From positions 1-26,470 of the IMG/VR virus record IMGVR_UViG_3300020436_000076: a DNA stretch of 26,470 nt, one strand, 5' to 3'. The notes under the pieces were generated by a model that was not told the origin of the DNA, made no database searches, and worked only from the letters and a program-made list of their open reading frames with translations. This document shows positions 7,889 to 17,299 of the stretch, piece by piece (the stretch's first letter is position 1; each line of letters opens with the position of its first letter). Origin of the DNA: a virus. Lineage: Duplodnaviria > Caudoviricetes. Made by a program: the position numbers and the translations under genes.

Positions 7889-9348
7889 TTCCAATCTACC
7901 TTTTCAATGGTGAACGGGTACTGCGCCTCCTTATAAAATTTCTTCCGTTGGGTAAGGTGCCGCTTCGCAAACTTACAAGTACTCGTAAGGTCCCATATTT
8001 GTACGAAGTCTTTGTCTTTTGCCTTTCTTACGCCTCTTCCAATTGACTGTATAACTCGAACAAATGATTTTCCGGGTTCAATAAGCACCAAATTAAATAT
8101 CCTAGGTATATTGATTCCGACTGCCGCAACTCCGTATGTAGCAATAACAACATGATTTGTTCCTTCATTTATTTCGTCATAAGCATCTTTTCTATCTTTT
8201 AATTTTACATCGCCTTTTACAAATGTTGATTCTGGAATTAGTGCTTGTAGTTGTTCTCCTGCACTTATTCTATCTACTAATATTAGTGTATTGCCTGATT
8301 GCTTTATTGTGTTTAATAATTTGCCTAAATATTCTAATCTGTCTTGATTTGTTACAAGATATTTTAATTCTTCTTGATAATTACTATGTACTTGTGTATC
8401 AAGTAGTTGTACAATGTTTACATGGCATTGTGCAAGAACACCCTTGTCTTGTAATTCTTTAGCACTTATTTCGCCTATCACTGGTCCTAAACTTGCATGA
8501 ATAGACTCAAATTCAAACTTTTCTTTTGGTATTGTTCCAGTTAATCCCCAACGTATTGGAGCATTTTTTAAATTACGTGTGAGTAAATTTTTTAAAACTT
8601 CTGCTTTTGCTTGGTGCACTTCGTCAACTATTACAGTACTTACTCCATCTAAAAACTCAGCTAAACTTAAAACTGCATCTCCGTCCTTGTGTTTTTTATC
8701 TAATATATTTAGACTTTGCCAAGTACAAATTGTATGAGTTTTGCCTAGTTCTTTTCGGTCACCAAAGTAAACGCCGACGTCCAACCCGCAGTTTTTGTAA
8801 TCATCTTCAGTCTGTACGACAAGACTTTTATTTGGTACAATGACAAGGCTTCTTCCATATTTTTCTCCTAAATGACTTAGCGTTGCAGTAGTAATTGTTT
8901 TTCCTGCTCCTGTAGCAATTTGTTGCAGACTTTGCGGAGCATTCAAAAAATTATTTATTGCTTCTACTTGATAATCTCGTAAAATAATATCTTCACCTTC
9001 TGCAGGATGACCATTGGGCCATTTAACGCCTTGGTCTTTCCAATAGTTTTCAGTTACTGGTTCAAAATCTAATTTTATAGGATGCCTTCGATCTTCAATA
9101 TCTACAATGTGTACTTTGTTTTTTTCTAATACTTCTGTAATTGTATCAAGATGATTTACATAGCCTGTACCGCCAATACCAAAGAAAGCAACTTTACCAT
9201 CCCAACGCCCTAGTTTGTATTGTGGCATATAGCGAGCATAAGGCACTTCAAACTTGAGGCTGTTGGCTAGCTTTCTACGAACGTCAACATCTAATCCTTC
9301 TAGCTTGATGTTTACTTCGTCCTCAATTATAAGTTTACAAGTTGCCAA
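7885..9348 (-). CDS. uvsW: UvsW-like SF2 DNA helicase
   Basis: WDGK N-terminal motif, LRDYQ, ATGAGKT, DEVH, GLTGT, GINIP, QSIGRGVR; TTG start. Confidence 0.9.
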   Translation of the reverse strand: MATCKLIIEDEVNIKLEGLDVDVRRKLANSLKFEVPYARYMPQYKLGRWDGKVAFFGIGGTGYVNHLDTITEVLEKNKVHIVDIEDRRHPIKLDFEPVTENYWKDQGVKWPNGHPAEGEDIILRDYQVEAINNFLNAPQSLQQIATGAGKTITTATLSHLGEKYGRSLVIVPNKSLVVQTEDDYKNCGLDVGVYFGDRKELGKTHTICTWQSLNILDKKHKDGDAVLSLAEFLDGVSTVIVDEVHQAKAEVLKNLLTRNLKNAPIRWGLTGTIPKEKFEFESIHASLGPVIGEISAKELQDKGVLAQCHVNIVQLLDTQVHSNYQEELKYLVTNQDRLEYLGKLLNTIKQSGNTLILVDRISAGEQLQALIPESTFVKGDVKLKDRKDAYDEINEGTNHVVIATYGVAAVGINIPRIFNLVLIEPGKSFVRVIQSIGRGVRKAKDKDFVQIWDLTSTCKFAKRHLTQRKKFYKEAQYPFTIEKVDWK

Positions 9349-10568
9349 GAATTAAATCCTTTATTATAAGTTTGTTTAAAACTACTTAGATCTGTATCAT
9401 TATAAATTATTAGATCACAATTAAAACTTAAATAATTAGATACTAATTTATTAGGTCTTAAACTTGATTTACTAAATGCAGTTTTTGGTTTAAACGAACT
9501 TTTCAACAAAACTTTTGGTAGTTTTGTTTTTTCAATATACACTATTTTTGTTTTATTGTCTACCCAGTTATTTAACTTTTTGTCTTTCACAAACTCATTT
9601 AAATGAACATTTATCTTATCAGAACTTTCTATTCTAAATAATATACTTTGCAATTCATTTGGTATATATTTAGAAAAACCATAATATATTTCATTCAGCT
9701 GTTGATATGAATTATCTTTATCTAAACAAACTATTATTGGATATCTATCAAAATGATTAAGTGCATCTGTAACATCACTTACATTATATTTGTTTTGATT
9801 AGCTAATACAGTTGGCTCTTTTCTATATGCAATTTTATCTAGTAGTGTTACTTCTTTTTTATTATTGTCTAGAAAAAAACCATATCTAATAGATTTGTCT
9901 GATACTAACTTTTCGTTAGATAATTTTTGTAATTCATTTACAATTTCTGTTTTTATATTAAAAAATTTATCATTATCATAGTAAGGAATATATCCTTGTT
10001 TATTGGTTACAATTTTTTCAACTTCTTTTGCAGTATCAATAATTATTTTATCTGTATTCCATGTAGGAAATTTTTTTACAAGATCATAGCACATCCTTGG
10101 TTTAAAATAAAAATAATGTTCGTGTGAATTTTTTTGATGGAAATATTCAGTCCTTCTTGTTTTAACAAAACAACTTTCTAATTTAGATATATGTTTTTTA
10201 TTAAACGGAAATCTTATTTTTATATAATTTCCGTCTTTCAAATTGTTATATGATCGATCGTGTCCAACAATATTATCTTTTTCTACAACAGTAATATATT
10301 TGCTTCTATCAATTTCTCTTAAAGGACTACGTGTATTTTGAAGAGCACCGCGCCAATTTCTAATATTATTTTTTATAAATTGATTTTTATAAATTTCTAA
10401 TTTTTTATAAAGTAAGTCATGTTGTCGGTCCGTAAGAGCAACGTCTTTAGAAATTTGTCTATCAAAACTATGTAGTAGTGTCACATCAACATTTTTTAAA
10501 ACAAACTCGTGATTATGCTTTCCTAAAACAACTTCTAATAGATCTTCTATATTTTCTACATTTGTCAT
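9327..10568 (-). CDS. hypothetical protein (413 aa) co-transcribed with the helicase
   Basis: Long K/N-rich ORF with its own sigma70-like promoter; overlaps the helicase start. Confidence 0.75.
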   Translation of the reverse strand: MTNVENIEDLLEVVLGKHNHEFVLKNVDVTLLHSFDRQISKDVALTDRQHDLLYKKLEIYKNQFIKNNIRNWRGALQNTRSPLREIDRSKYITVVEKDNIVGHDRSYNNLKDGNYIKIRFPFNKKHISKLESCFVKTRRTEYFHQKNSHEHYFYFKPRMCYDLVKKFPTWNTDKIIIDTAKEVEKIVTNKQGYIPYYDNDKFFNIKTEIVNELQKLSNEKLVSDKSIRYGFFLDNNKKEVTLLDKIAYRKEPTVLANQNKYNVSDVTDALNHFDRYPIIVCLDKDNSYQQLNEIYYGFSKYIPNELQSILFRIESSDKINVHLNEFVKDKKLNNWVDNKTKIVYIEKTKLPKVLLKSSFKPKTAFSKSSLRPNKLVSNYLSFNCDLIIYNDTDLSSFKQTYNKGFNSWQLVNL

Positions 10569-10573
10569 AGTTT

Positions 10574-10602
10574 ATAATAACAAATTATAAAGAGTTTGTC
10601 AA
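10574..10602 (-). promoter_or_regulatory. sigma70-type promoter, probably leaderless
   Basis: TTGACA (10602-10597), 17 nt, TATTAT (10579-10574), then 5 nt to the ATG at 10568; no Shine-Dalgarno. Confidence 0.75.
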
Positions 10603-11436
10603 TCTTTTCAATGGTATACCTTGACTTATTTCTTCTATAGTATATTCAGTCCAAGCATAATCATTTAACCATTGTTGTCTTTCTGGCTTTTTTGGGTTTG
10701 CTATTGTTTCTAAACCTGTATTTGCTACAGGCCATGCTAAACTACTTGGACCTGTAAACGCAGGAATACCAGAAATAATAGCTTGAATTCCTGGATTACT
10801 ACTCCAGTTTATTACTGCATAACAATCTTTAAAACTTAGATTAAAATCATCATATGTTCCGTTAATTTTTTGTGGTGTATCTATATATACATTTTCATAT
10901 TTGTTTTCTAAACCGTCAACTAAGCATCTTGGATGGGGTCTAAACACTATTGCTTTATCTGTATGAAATTTAATTTCTTCTATTATACTTGAGACCCATT
11001 TATTCATTTTTGGCATATTTTCCCATTGTAGACTTTTTTCATGTTGCCCACAAATTAAAATATGATCACCTTTACTACGCCAAGGTTTTAAAGATAACCC
11101 AAGACTATTAGCACGATCAGAATTGTTACCCATAGGGCCAAAGTTACCGTCACGATTGATTCCATTTATACCTACCTTCCACGTAATACCTCTTTTAATA
11201 CTTCCTACTTCTAAAACAATAATCGGTTTACTACGACTTTGACAACTATTCCATATGTGTTTATTACCAGACATTCTACCATTAAAAAGCACACTCCAAA
11301 TTACATGAACATCAGCATCGTTAATATTGTTACTACTATTTAGACTATGCCCATTACTAACACAAGAATGTTCAAATGCATCAAATATAGGACGTGAGTT
11401 TAATGCTCCATATTCTCTCCATAGTTTAAATTTCAT
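10585..11436 (-). CDS. putative glycosyltransferase, KpsC/KpsS (capsule synthesis)-like domain
   Basis: HILICGQ...IVFRPHP...CYAVINWSSNPGIQAIISGIPAF; start MKFKLW at 11436. Confidence 0.65.
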   Translation of the reverse strand: MKFKLWREYGALNSRPIFDAFEHSCVSNGHSLNSSNNINDADVHVIWSVLFNGRMSGNKHIWNSCQSRSKPIIVLEVGSIKRGITWKVGINGINRDGNFGPMGNNSDRANSLGLSLKPWRSKGDHILICGQHEKSLQWENMPKMNKWVSSIIEEIKFHTDKAIVFRPHPRCLVDGLENKYENVYIDTPQKINGTYDDFNLSFKDCYAVINWSSNPGIQAIISGIPAFTGPSSLAWPVANTGLETIANPKKPERQQWLNDYAWTEYTIEEISQGIPLKRLTNSL

Positions 11437-11439
11437 ATG

Positions 11440-11462
11440 TAAATACTCCAGTACACTATTTA
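11440..11462. promoter_or_regulatory. face-to-face TAAATA motifs serving divergent genes
   Basis: TAAATA on + at 11440-11445 and on - at 11462-11457 within a 39-bp intergenic gap. Confidence 0.6.
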
Positions 11463-11475
11463 ACAAGGAACTAGT

Positions 11476-12318
11476 ATGTCAAATATAACTGTGGTAACAA
11501 CCTTTAATAAGGAAGGAATGGACAAATATGGGCAAAGATTTATTACATCTTTTGAAGATAATGTAGATGATACAATAAAACTTCTAGTATATGCAGAAAA
11601 TTGTTTTCCAGCAATAACTAAAAGATCACAAATATTTGAATATCAAGCAACAAAAGAATTACCTAAATTAAACAATTTTAAAAAAAGATGGAAAGATATT
11701 CCAAAAGCAAACGGAATTCCTCCAGATAATATAAAAGCAAAAAGACCAAGAGATTGGCATAAAGAATTTAAATGGAATGCAGTTAGATTTGCAAATAAGG
11801 TTTACGCAGTTTTTGATGCATTTGATAAAAGTGCCGATTGGTGTGTATGGATGGATGCAGATACATTTGTACATAGTCCTTGGTCGCGAAAGCAATTTAA
11901 ATCATTACTGCCTGATGATAAATGGCTTACATATGTTGGAAGAGGAAAAGGATCTCAAACTTGGCCCGAATGTGGATTCTACGGAATGAATAAAAATAAT
12001 CCAATGTGTGTACAGTTCTTAAAAGAGTTTGAACGATTTTATGAAGATGCCGAAAATGGAATTTTTGAATTAGAAGAATGGCACGATAGTTACGTATTTG
12101 GGCATATATTAAATCAAATGAAATCAATTGATAATAATGTGCTGGATTATAGTGCAGAAATGTATTTAAAAGAAGCAAAAACAGGCGGAGGCGGACACCC
12201 TTTAATTAATACAGTTCTAGGAAAATACATTGATCATATGAAAGGCGATAGGAAAAATACAGGAAAAAGCTTGCAAAAAGATTTAATGGTAAATCGTACA
12301 GAAAGTTATTGGCAATAA
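11476..12318 (+). CDS. putative GT-A fold glycosyltransferase
   Basis: N-terminal ITVVTTF, WCVWMDADT (DxD), ECGFYG, EWHDS, DHMKG; AAGGA SD upstream. Confidence 0.7.
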   Translation: MSNITVVTTFNKEGMDKYGQRFITSFEDNVDDTIKLLVYAENCFPAITKRSQIFEYQATKELPKLNNFKKRWKDIPKANGIPPDNIKAKRPRDWHKEFKWNAVRFANKVYAVFDAFDKSADWCVWMDADTFVHSPWSRKQFKSLLPDDKWLTYVGRGKGSQTWPECGFYGMNKNNPMCVQFLKEFERFYEDAENGIFELEEWHDSYVFGHILNQMKSIDNNVLDYSAEMYLKEAKTGGGGHPLINTVLGKYIDHMKGDRKNTGKSLQKDLMVNRTESYWQ

Positions 12319-13247
12319 TTTTTCATATGTGTCCAACATTCTCCGCTTTCTAATTCCTGAAAGTTCCAATGAAACATACTAATTCTTTGTAGCCATTTTA
12401 ACCGATCAAATTCTTTTGGTTGTTCAATATCTAAAATATTATGATTAGTAACTTGTGAGCATTGACTTTTTTCTGGATCTGTAATAAATGCATTATATCC
12501 TTGTATAATTGGACCAACAATACCACTACTATTTTTATTTACAACTGCATAGCAATTTTGTAAATCTTGTTGTAACCAATTATTTGGATCAACAACTTCA
12601 ACCTTTTTGTAATGTCTAAATGGACTACTTTTTGGTTCTAAATAAAAATTACGTGATTTTTTACAACCAGGATGCGGTCTAATTTTTATACGTCTTTTAC
12701 AACCTATGCTCCTAATTTTATCAATTATATTTTTTGTCCAATCAATTACACTTTCTCCACTCATACTCCAACCGCCTTGTCTTTGTAAGAGCAATAAAAT
12801 ATGGTCTCCATCTTTTTTATAATCTTGTAATTGTATACCGCAGTTATTTGAAATGCTATTCCATCTTTGTTCATTTATAATATTATCACAATATATTCCT
12901 GTGTTAGGAAAAACACCATTTAAACTATAACGTAAATATCCATGTCTATTCTTTGTATCGGCATATAAAAATAAATTTGCATCTGCAACAATAGTGTATC
13001 TATTATTTTGGATTTGATGATTTATAACTTTTTTTCTTAATTGTAAATGACTTGGATTTGTATCTGAGTATACCCAGCCTTGTATTACAGCGGCATCACA
13101 ATCTATAGGAAAATAATCTCTATGTAAAGTTGCATTATCACCACTGCGTAAAACACCATTGTAATATTTAATTAGCAATTCTTCTTTTTGTACGTTTGTG
13201 TTACCCCTAGGTACACTTGTTAAATAACTTACTACAGTTTTTTTCAT
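12306..13247 (-). CDS. putative glycosyltransferase, KpsC/KpsS-like domain
   Basis: HILLLLQ...IKIRPHP...CYAVVNKNSS...IIQG; ATG at 13247 overlaps the upstream TGA. Confidence 0.65.
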   Translation of the reverse strand: MKKTVVSYLTSVPRGNTNVQKEELLIKYYNGVLRSGDNATLHRDYFPIDCDAAVIQGWVYSDTNPSHLQLRKKVINHQIQNNRYTIVADANLFLYADTKNRHGYLRYSLNGVFPNTGIYCDNIINEQRWNSISNNCGIQLQDYKKDGDHILLLLQRQGGWSMSGESVIDWTKNIIDKIRSIGCKRRIKIRPHPGCKKSRNFYLEPKSSPFRHYKKVEVVDPNNWLQQDLQNCYAVVNKNSSGIVGPIIQGYNAFITDPEKSQCSQVTNHNILDIEQPKEFDRLKWLQRISMFHWNFQELESGECWTHMKNYCQ

Positions 13248-15007
13248 AGCTTTTGATTTAAAATTGCCCATGCAGTGCCGTCTTGCATTTCTCTTCTTGT
13301 AAACTGACAATAACTCAAATGAGCCGCATAGGCAAGCATTTGTTCCTCGTCATACGTATATAAATTATTAATGTCACTTAATTTGCTGTTACATAACACA
13401 CTAGCCGCATTATTTCCTAATGCAATAGCAGGTATACCGTTTAACAATGCTTCGGTAGCGGCAATGCTGTTGTAGGTTACTACACAATAAACATTATCTC
13501 GGAACGCATACAATATGTTTTTATCAGCAATACGTTCATTTCTTTTAGGTTTTAATCTGACTTCAATTGGTCTATCTGTATATTGTTTTAGTTCTTTACT
13601 TACTTTTGCTACCCATTGATTAGGTGTTTCTTGTCCCCAAAACTTCATAACTTTATCGCTAGGTGGAACCAACAGTATTTTTTCACCTTTCATCTTAAAA
13701 GGCGTATACCTATATTTTAAAGCTTCTAATCTTTTACGTGACCTTGGAAATATTGGGCCTGTATTTTGTAAACCGTTTTTAGTTATTCTATGATATATTT
13801 TACTTTTAGTAGTTTCGTTACCCATGTATCCGCTATCAATGTAGTAATATTCCCTACCAGTTTTCATACATTCTTTTAAAGCAAGTTGACTTTCTTTTCC
13901 TAATCCTCTTATGATTAAAGTTGTTTCGCTATTTTTTTCTTTTTCCCAAGAAGAAAGTTTAGCCCTATCTGCGCCTAATACAAATGCTTCTAAATACTCA
14001 TCAAAAAGAAAACCTTTCTTTTCGGGTTTGAATCCGTAGTCATCATCGCCTGGTTCTAAAGCGGCGACACGGGGTTCTCGTAATGCCATTATTGTCTCCC
14101 AGTTATGTTCATGTGGATAATATGTGCCTTTTGGATCTTTTAAATAATGAATAAAATCATTAACTAATTTTTTTTTTTGGTCCGGAAGGACTAAATTTTC
14201 TGTTGTTGTTTTTAGTCTTTCAACTTCAAACTTTTCCAGCAAGCGTTGCCTTTTATTATCTGCACTTATTAATGCTTCAGCTCTTGCAAGATTTAGACTT
14301 TCGGCGTAACTTATTCTAGCCTTATACCAATGATAAGCATAGTCACAATTTTCATATTGTTCAAACCATGGTCCACCTTCTGTATAATGTAAAGCTTTAG
14401 GAGTTCCGTCTTGTGGTTCTTCATACCAACCAACTAGCCAATTCCATTCGTGGCTAAACTCTCCAACAAGACTATCATCTAACCAACTAAATCTATGTAA
14501 GTATGCACCACTTATACCAGGATTATTAACAAGATCTAAATTAAGTTGTCCATTTTGAATATGTTGACAATTAAATAAAACACAACTCGACCAATTTTTT
14601 CTTGGATATATATGTTGTGCTTGTCCATCCATTTTTGTCAGTTGCTTAGGAGAATAGTCATGATGAGCACACATAACGGCATATTTGTCATCTGCTTGAT
14701 CAAATAATTTTTTTATGTCATCAAGAAAAACAAAGTCACAATCTATAAACAAAGCCCATCCTTTGTAATCTGCTAAATGGGGAACTAAAAATCTTGTAAA
14801 AGTAAACTCAGTGCTTGCCATTGCATCAACATCTCTTTTGTATATTCCTTCTTTCCTTAAATCACCTTGTTTCAAAGGAATAACTTCGACAGGTACAGTA
14901 GCATTGTCTAATATACTTTGTTTACATACTTGAAATGCAATATCTTCTCTGCTGTCCCACCCTACATATACTTTTAATGGTTCAATATCTGTACTCTGTT
15001 CGCTCAA
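13244..15007 (-). CDS. two-domain glycosyltransferase: GT8/CDI-like GT-A domain fused to a KpsC/KpsS-like domain
   Basis: N-half VGWDSRE, STEFTFTRFLVP, FIDCDF (DxD), YPRKNWSS, HYTEGGPWF. C-half YYIDSGY, KILLVPPS, VRLKP, VVTYNSIAATEALLNGIPAI. Confidence 0.8.
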   Translation of the reverse strand: MSEQSTDIEPLKVYVGWDSREDIAFQVCKQSILDNATVPVEVIPLKQGDLRKEGIYKRDVDAMASTEFTFTRFLVPHLADYKGWALFIDCDFVFLDDIKKLFDQADDKYAVMCAHHDYSPKQLTKMDGQAQHIYPRKNWSSCVLFNCQHIQNGQLNLDLVNNPGISGAYLHRFSWLDDSLVGEFSHEWNWLVGWYEEPQDGTPKALHYTEGGPWFEQYENCDYAYHWYKARISYAESLNLARAEALISADNKRQRLLEKFEVERLKTTTENLVLPDQKKKLVNDFIHYLKDPKGTYYPHEHNWETIMALREPRVAALEPGDDDYGFKPEKKGFLFDEYLEAFVLGADRAKLSSWEKEKNSETTLIIRGLGKESQLALKECMKTGREYYYIDSGYMGNETTKSKIYHRITKNGLQNTGPIFPRSRKRLEALKYRYTPFKMKGEKILLVPPSDKVMKFWGQETPNQWVAKVSKELKQYTDRPIEVRLKPKRNERIADKNILYAFRDNVYCVVTYNSIAATEALLNGIPAIALGNNAASVLCNSKLSDINNLYTYDEEQMLAYAAHLSYCQFTRREMQDGTAWAILNQKL

Positions 15008-15782
15008 TGTCTTTCTCCGTTAATTTATCTGTTGGACCTTTCCATACTTCAACGATATGTGCAGGTTTGTCTGTATCGTTACATCCTTGGTGCCAAACGC
15101 CTGCTGGAATATCTACAGGATTATTTGGGTGTAAATGCCAAATAGAACAACCTTCAAATGGATTATCTGCTAAAGTTTTATTTGTCTTTACATATGCTTC
15201 ACCAGAAACAATATTCCATGTTTCGCTTCTATACTTATGTCTTTGCATACTTAATTTACTATTTGGTGAAATTACTAATTCTTTAACTTGGAATCCTTCA
15301 CCTTGATACAACTCTCTATAATGTCCCCACTCACGTTCTATTTTTGGTGCCCGCCATTCTTTTAATATCCAACTACTTGAATTTTTCTTGTCTTCCCCTC
15401 CAACACCAAAAGCAAATTCTACACTAGGATGATCTCCATAAACTTTCATTTCGGGAATATTTGTATTGGTTCTATCTCCTCCATTAGCAAAAATAATTTT
15501 ATCACTTGACGTGGACATTGTTTGAAAAATAGCATTACAAGCAGAATTGTCATCATCATTAAAACTAATAACTTTATCCACAACAGATAACCCTTTTATT
15601 ATTTCAACTCTTTCACTTAATGGCATAAATGCTTTACCTTTTTTTCTAGTTAGCCATGAATCTGAATTAACACCTACTACTAATGTTTCTCCTAGCTTTT
15701 TAGCTTCTTTAAAGTAAGCAAGATGTCCTGAGTGTAAAGGATCAAATCCGCCAGTTACCAATACTGTAGTTTTACCAACCAA
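14982..15782 (-). CDS. cytidylyltransferase-family (HxGH) domain fused to a cupin/phosphomannose-isomerase type II-like domain
   Basis: VTGGFDPLHSGH, VGVNSD, FANGGDR, KKNSSSWIL, then REWGHY...LSMQRHKYRSETW...IPAGVWH. Start uncertain (TTG at 15782 chosen; the frame is open to 15803). Confidence 0.85.
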   Translation of the reverse strand: MVGKTTVLVTGGFDPLHSGHLAYFKEAKKLGETLVVGVNSDSWLTRKKGKAFMPLSERVEIIKGLSVVDKVISFNDDDNSACNAIFQTMSTSSDKIIFANGGDRTNTNIPEMKVYGDHPSVEFAFGVGGEDKKNSSSWILKEWRAPKIEREWGHYRELYQGEGFQVKELVISPNSKLSMQRHKYRSETWNIVSGEAYVKTNKTLADNPFEGCSIWHLHPNNPVDIPAGVWHQGCNDTDKPAHIVEVWKGPTDKLTEKDIERTEYRY

Positions 15783-16392
15783 AAATATAATCCTTTCTAA
15801 CATTTCCTAATTCTATAGCACCCAATTCTTTTAAAAATTTTCCTGCACACTCTTCTGTATCAGGCTGTTGTTCTACAACAACAATTGGTTTATATTTTAG
15901 TAATGTATTAACTGCACCTTTAAGAACTTCTAATTCGTGTCTTTCACAATCAATTTTAATAAGACCAAACTTAGGCATAAAACTATCGTCTAATTTTTTT
16001 ACTTTAATATTTCCTGGATTACCATCAATATAACTATTACCAGTATTACTAGAATCAAAAACCATGTTTACATTTTTATTTTCACTTCCTAAAGCAAAAT
16101 TGTTTAATTTTATATTAGATAGATTTTTTGTATTTTCTACTAAGCATTCATATACTTGTGCTATAGGTTCAAATGAAATTACTTTTTCAAATTTATCCGA
16201 TAAAGGCACAGACCAAAACCCTACATTTGCACCAACATCAACTGCTATAGAAAAATCGTTTACATATTTGTATGCTTCATCACGCACATCGTCTTGGTAT
16301 TGTGCAGGGCCACCTTGACTTATACGTTTAGTAATCATTTTTTCAAAATGTTCATCTGAATCAGGAAGCCAATAATTATAAACTTGTTTCAT
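15772..16392 (-). CDS. FkbM-family methyltransferase
   Basis: VDVGANVG, FEP, NFALG, IKIDCERHELEVLKGA. Confidence 0.9.
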   Translation of the reverse strand: MKQVYNYWLPDSDEHFEKMITKRISQGGPAQYQDDVRDEAYKYVNDFSIAVDVGANVGFWSVPLSDKFEKVISFEPIAQVYECLVENTKNLSNIKLNNFALGSENKNVNMVFDSSNTGNSYIDGNPGNIKVKKLDDSFMPKFGLIKIDCERHELEVLKGAVNTLLKYKPIVVVEQQPDTEECAGKFLKELGAIELGNVRKDYIFGW

Positions 16393-17299
16393 TTAATATT
16401 TTACTTTCTAAGTCTAACCATTTTTTTACAATACGACTAGGTGTATAATACTTATTAATATGCTGTTGACCAAGTGTAATCTTTTGAACAACTTCATTTG
16501 GATTATCTATAGCATATTTTAATCCTTCAGCAATATCCCCAGTCCAAATAAAATTATTTAAATCTACATAACTTGGTATTGTATCATTTGTAATAACAAA
16601 TTTTCCTTGTTGTATGCCATCTATAGGTCTGTTATTTCCCTTTGACTTCAAAAAAGCTTTTTTCTTTTCTGTGTAAGCAATTGGCAAAAGTATAAAGTCA
16701 GATTCTTGTACAAGTTTTTCTTGTAATTCAAAACTCCAATCAATCCATTCAATTGGATCTTCTATAGTTTTATTTGTAATTATTTTTAATTGTATGTTTT
16801 GATGTACTTTAAATAATTGTTCTTTTAAATTTTCAAAATTTATTGGTCTTATGTTTTTTCTGGCACCATAGATTACTATTTTTATATTATCATGTTTTGT
16901 AAATATTTTCTTATTTGGTTTTATTTGTTTTCTTTCGGTAGGATCTTCTATTACAATGCTAGGTTTATCAAAAATTTTTTTTATTTCATCAGCAAGATAA
17001 TCGCAAGTAGTCACTATTGCTTTACAATTCTCTGTAGCTTTTTTATATAATTCTAACATTGAATTTTTATAAAATTTAAAATCTGATATATCCATAACAT
17101 AATTTATTTTGTTTTCATTACAATGTTGTATAACAGCATGATCAAATTCTTTACCAATAATGTACAATTCATTTGTGTTTTTAATCAATTGATAATCATT
17201 TATATATCCATGATTATTTGCCATATTCTCTAATAATAGTTTTCCTCTAGCTCTAAAACTATATCTATCTATTACAGAATTAGGAATAAAAAATTTCAT
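16376..17299 (-). CDS. putative glycosyltransferase (GT-B-like)
   Basis: 307 aa inside the sugar cluster; SDFILLP...KGNNRPIDGIQQGKFVI resembles the GT-B nucleotide-binding segment. Confidence 0.5.
   Translation of the reverse strand: MKFFIPNSVIDRYSFRARGKLLLENMANNHGYINDYQLIKNTNELYIIGKEFDHAVIQHCNENKINYVMDISDFKFYKNSMLELYKKATENCKAIVTTCDYLADEIKKIFDKPSIVIEDPTERKQIKPNKKIFTKHDNIKIVIYGARKNIRPINFENLKEQLFKVHQNIQLKIITNKTIEDPIEWIDWSFELQEKLVQESDFILLPIAYTEKKKAFLKSKGNNRPIDGIQQGKFVITNDTIPSYVDLNNFIWTGDIAEGLKYAIDNPNEVVQKITLGQQHINKYYTPSRIVKKWLDLESKILNETSL

Noticed and set aside
12306-13310. Longest-ORF starts given in the track (also 1431, 3222, 5062, 6505, 7894, 11466, 23162)
   Set aside because: Downstream starts fit stop/start overlaps, promoter motifs and family N-termini better.
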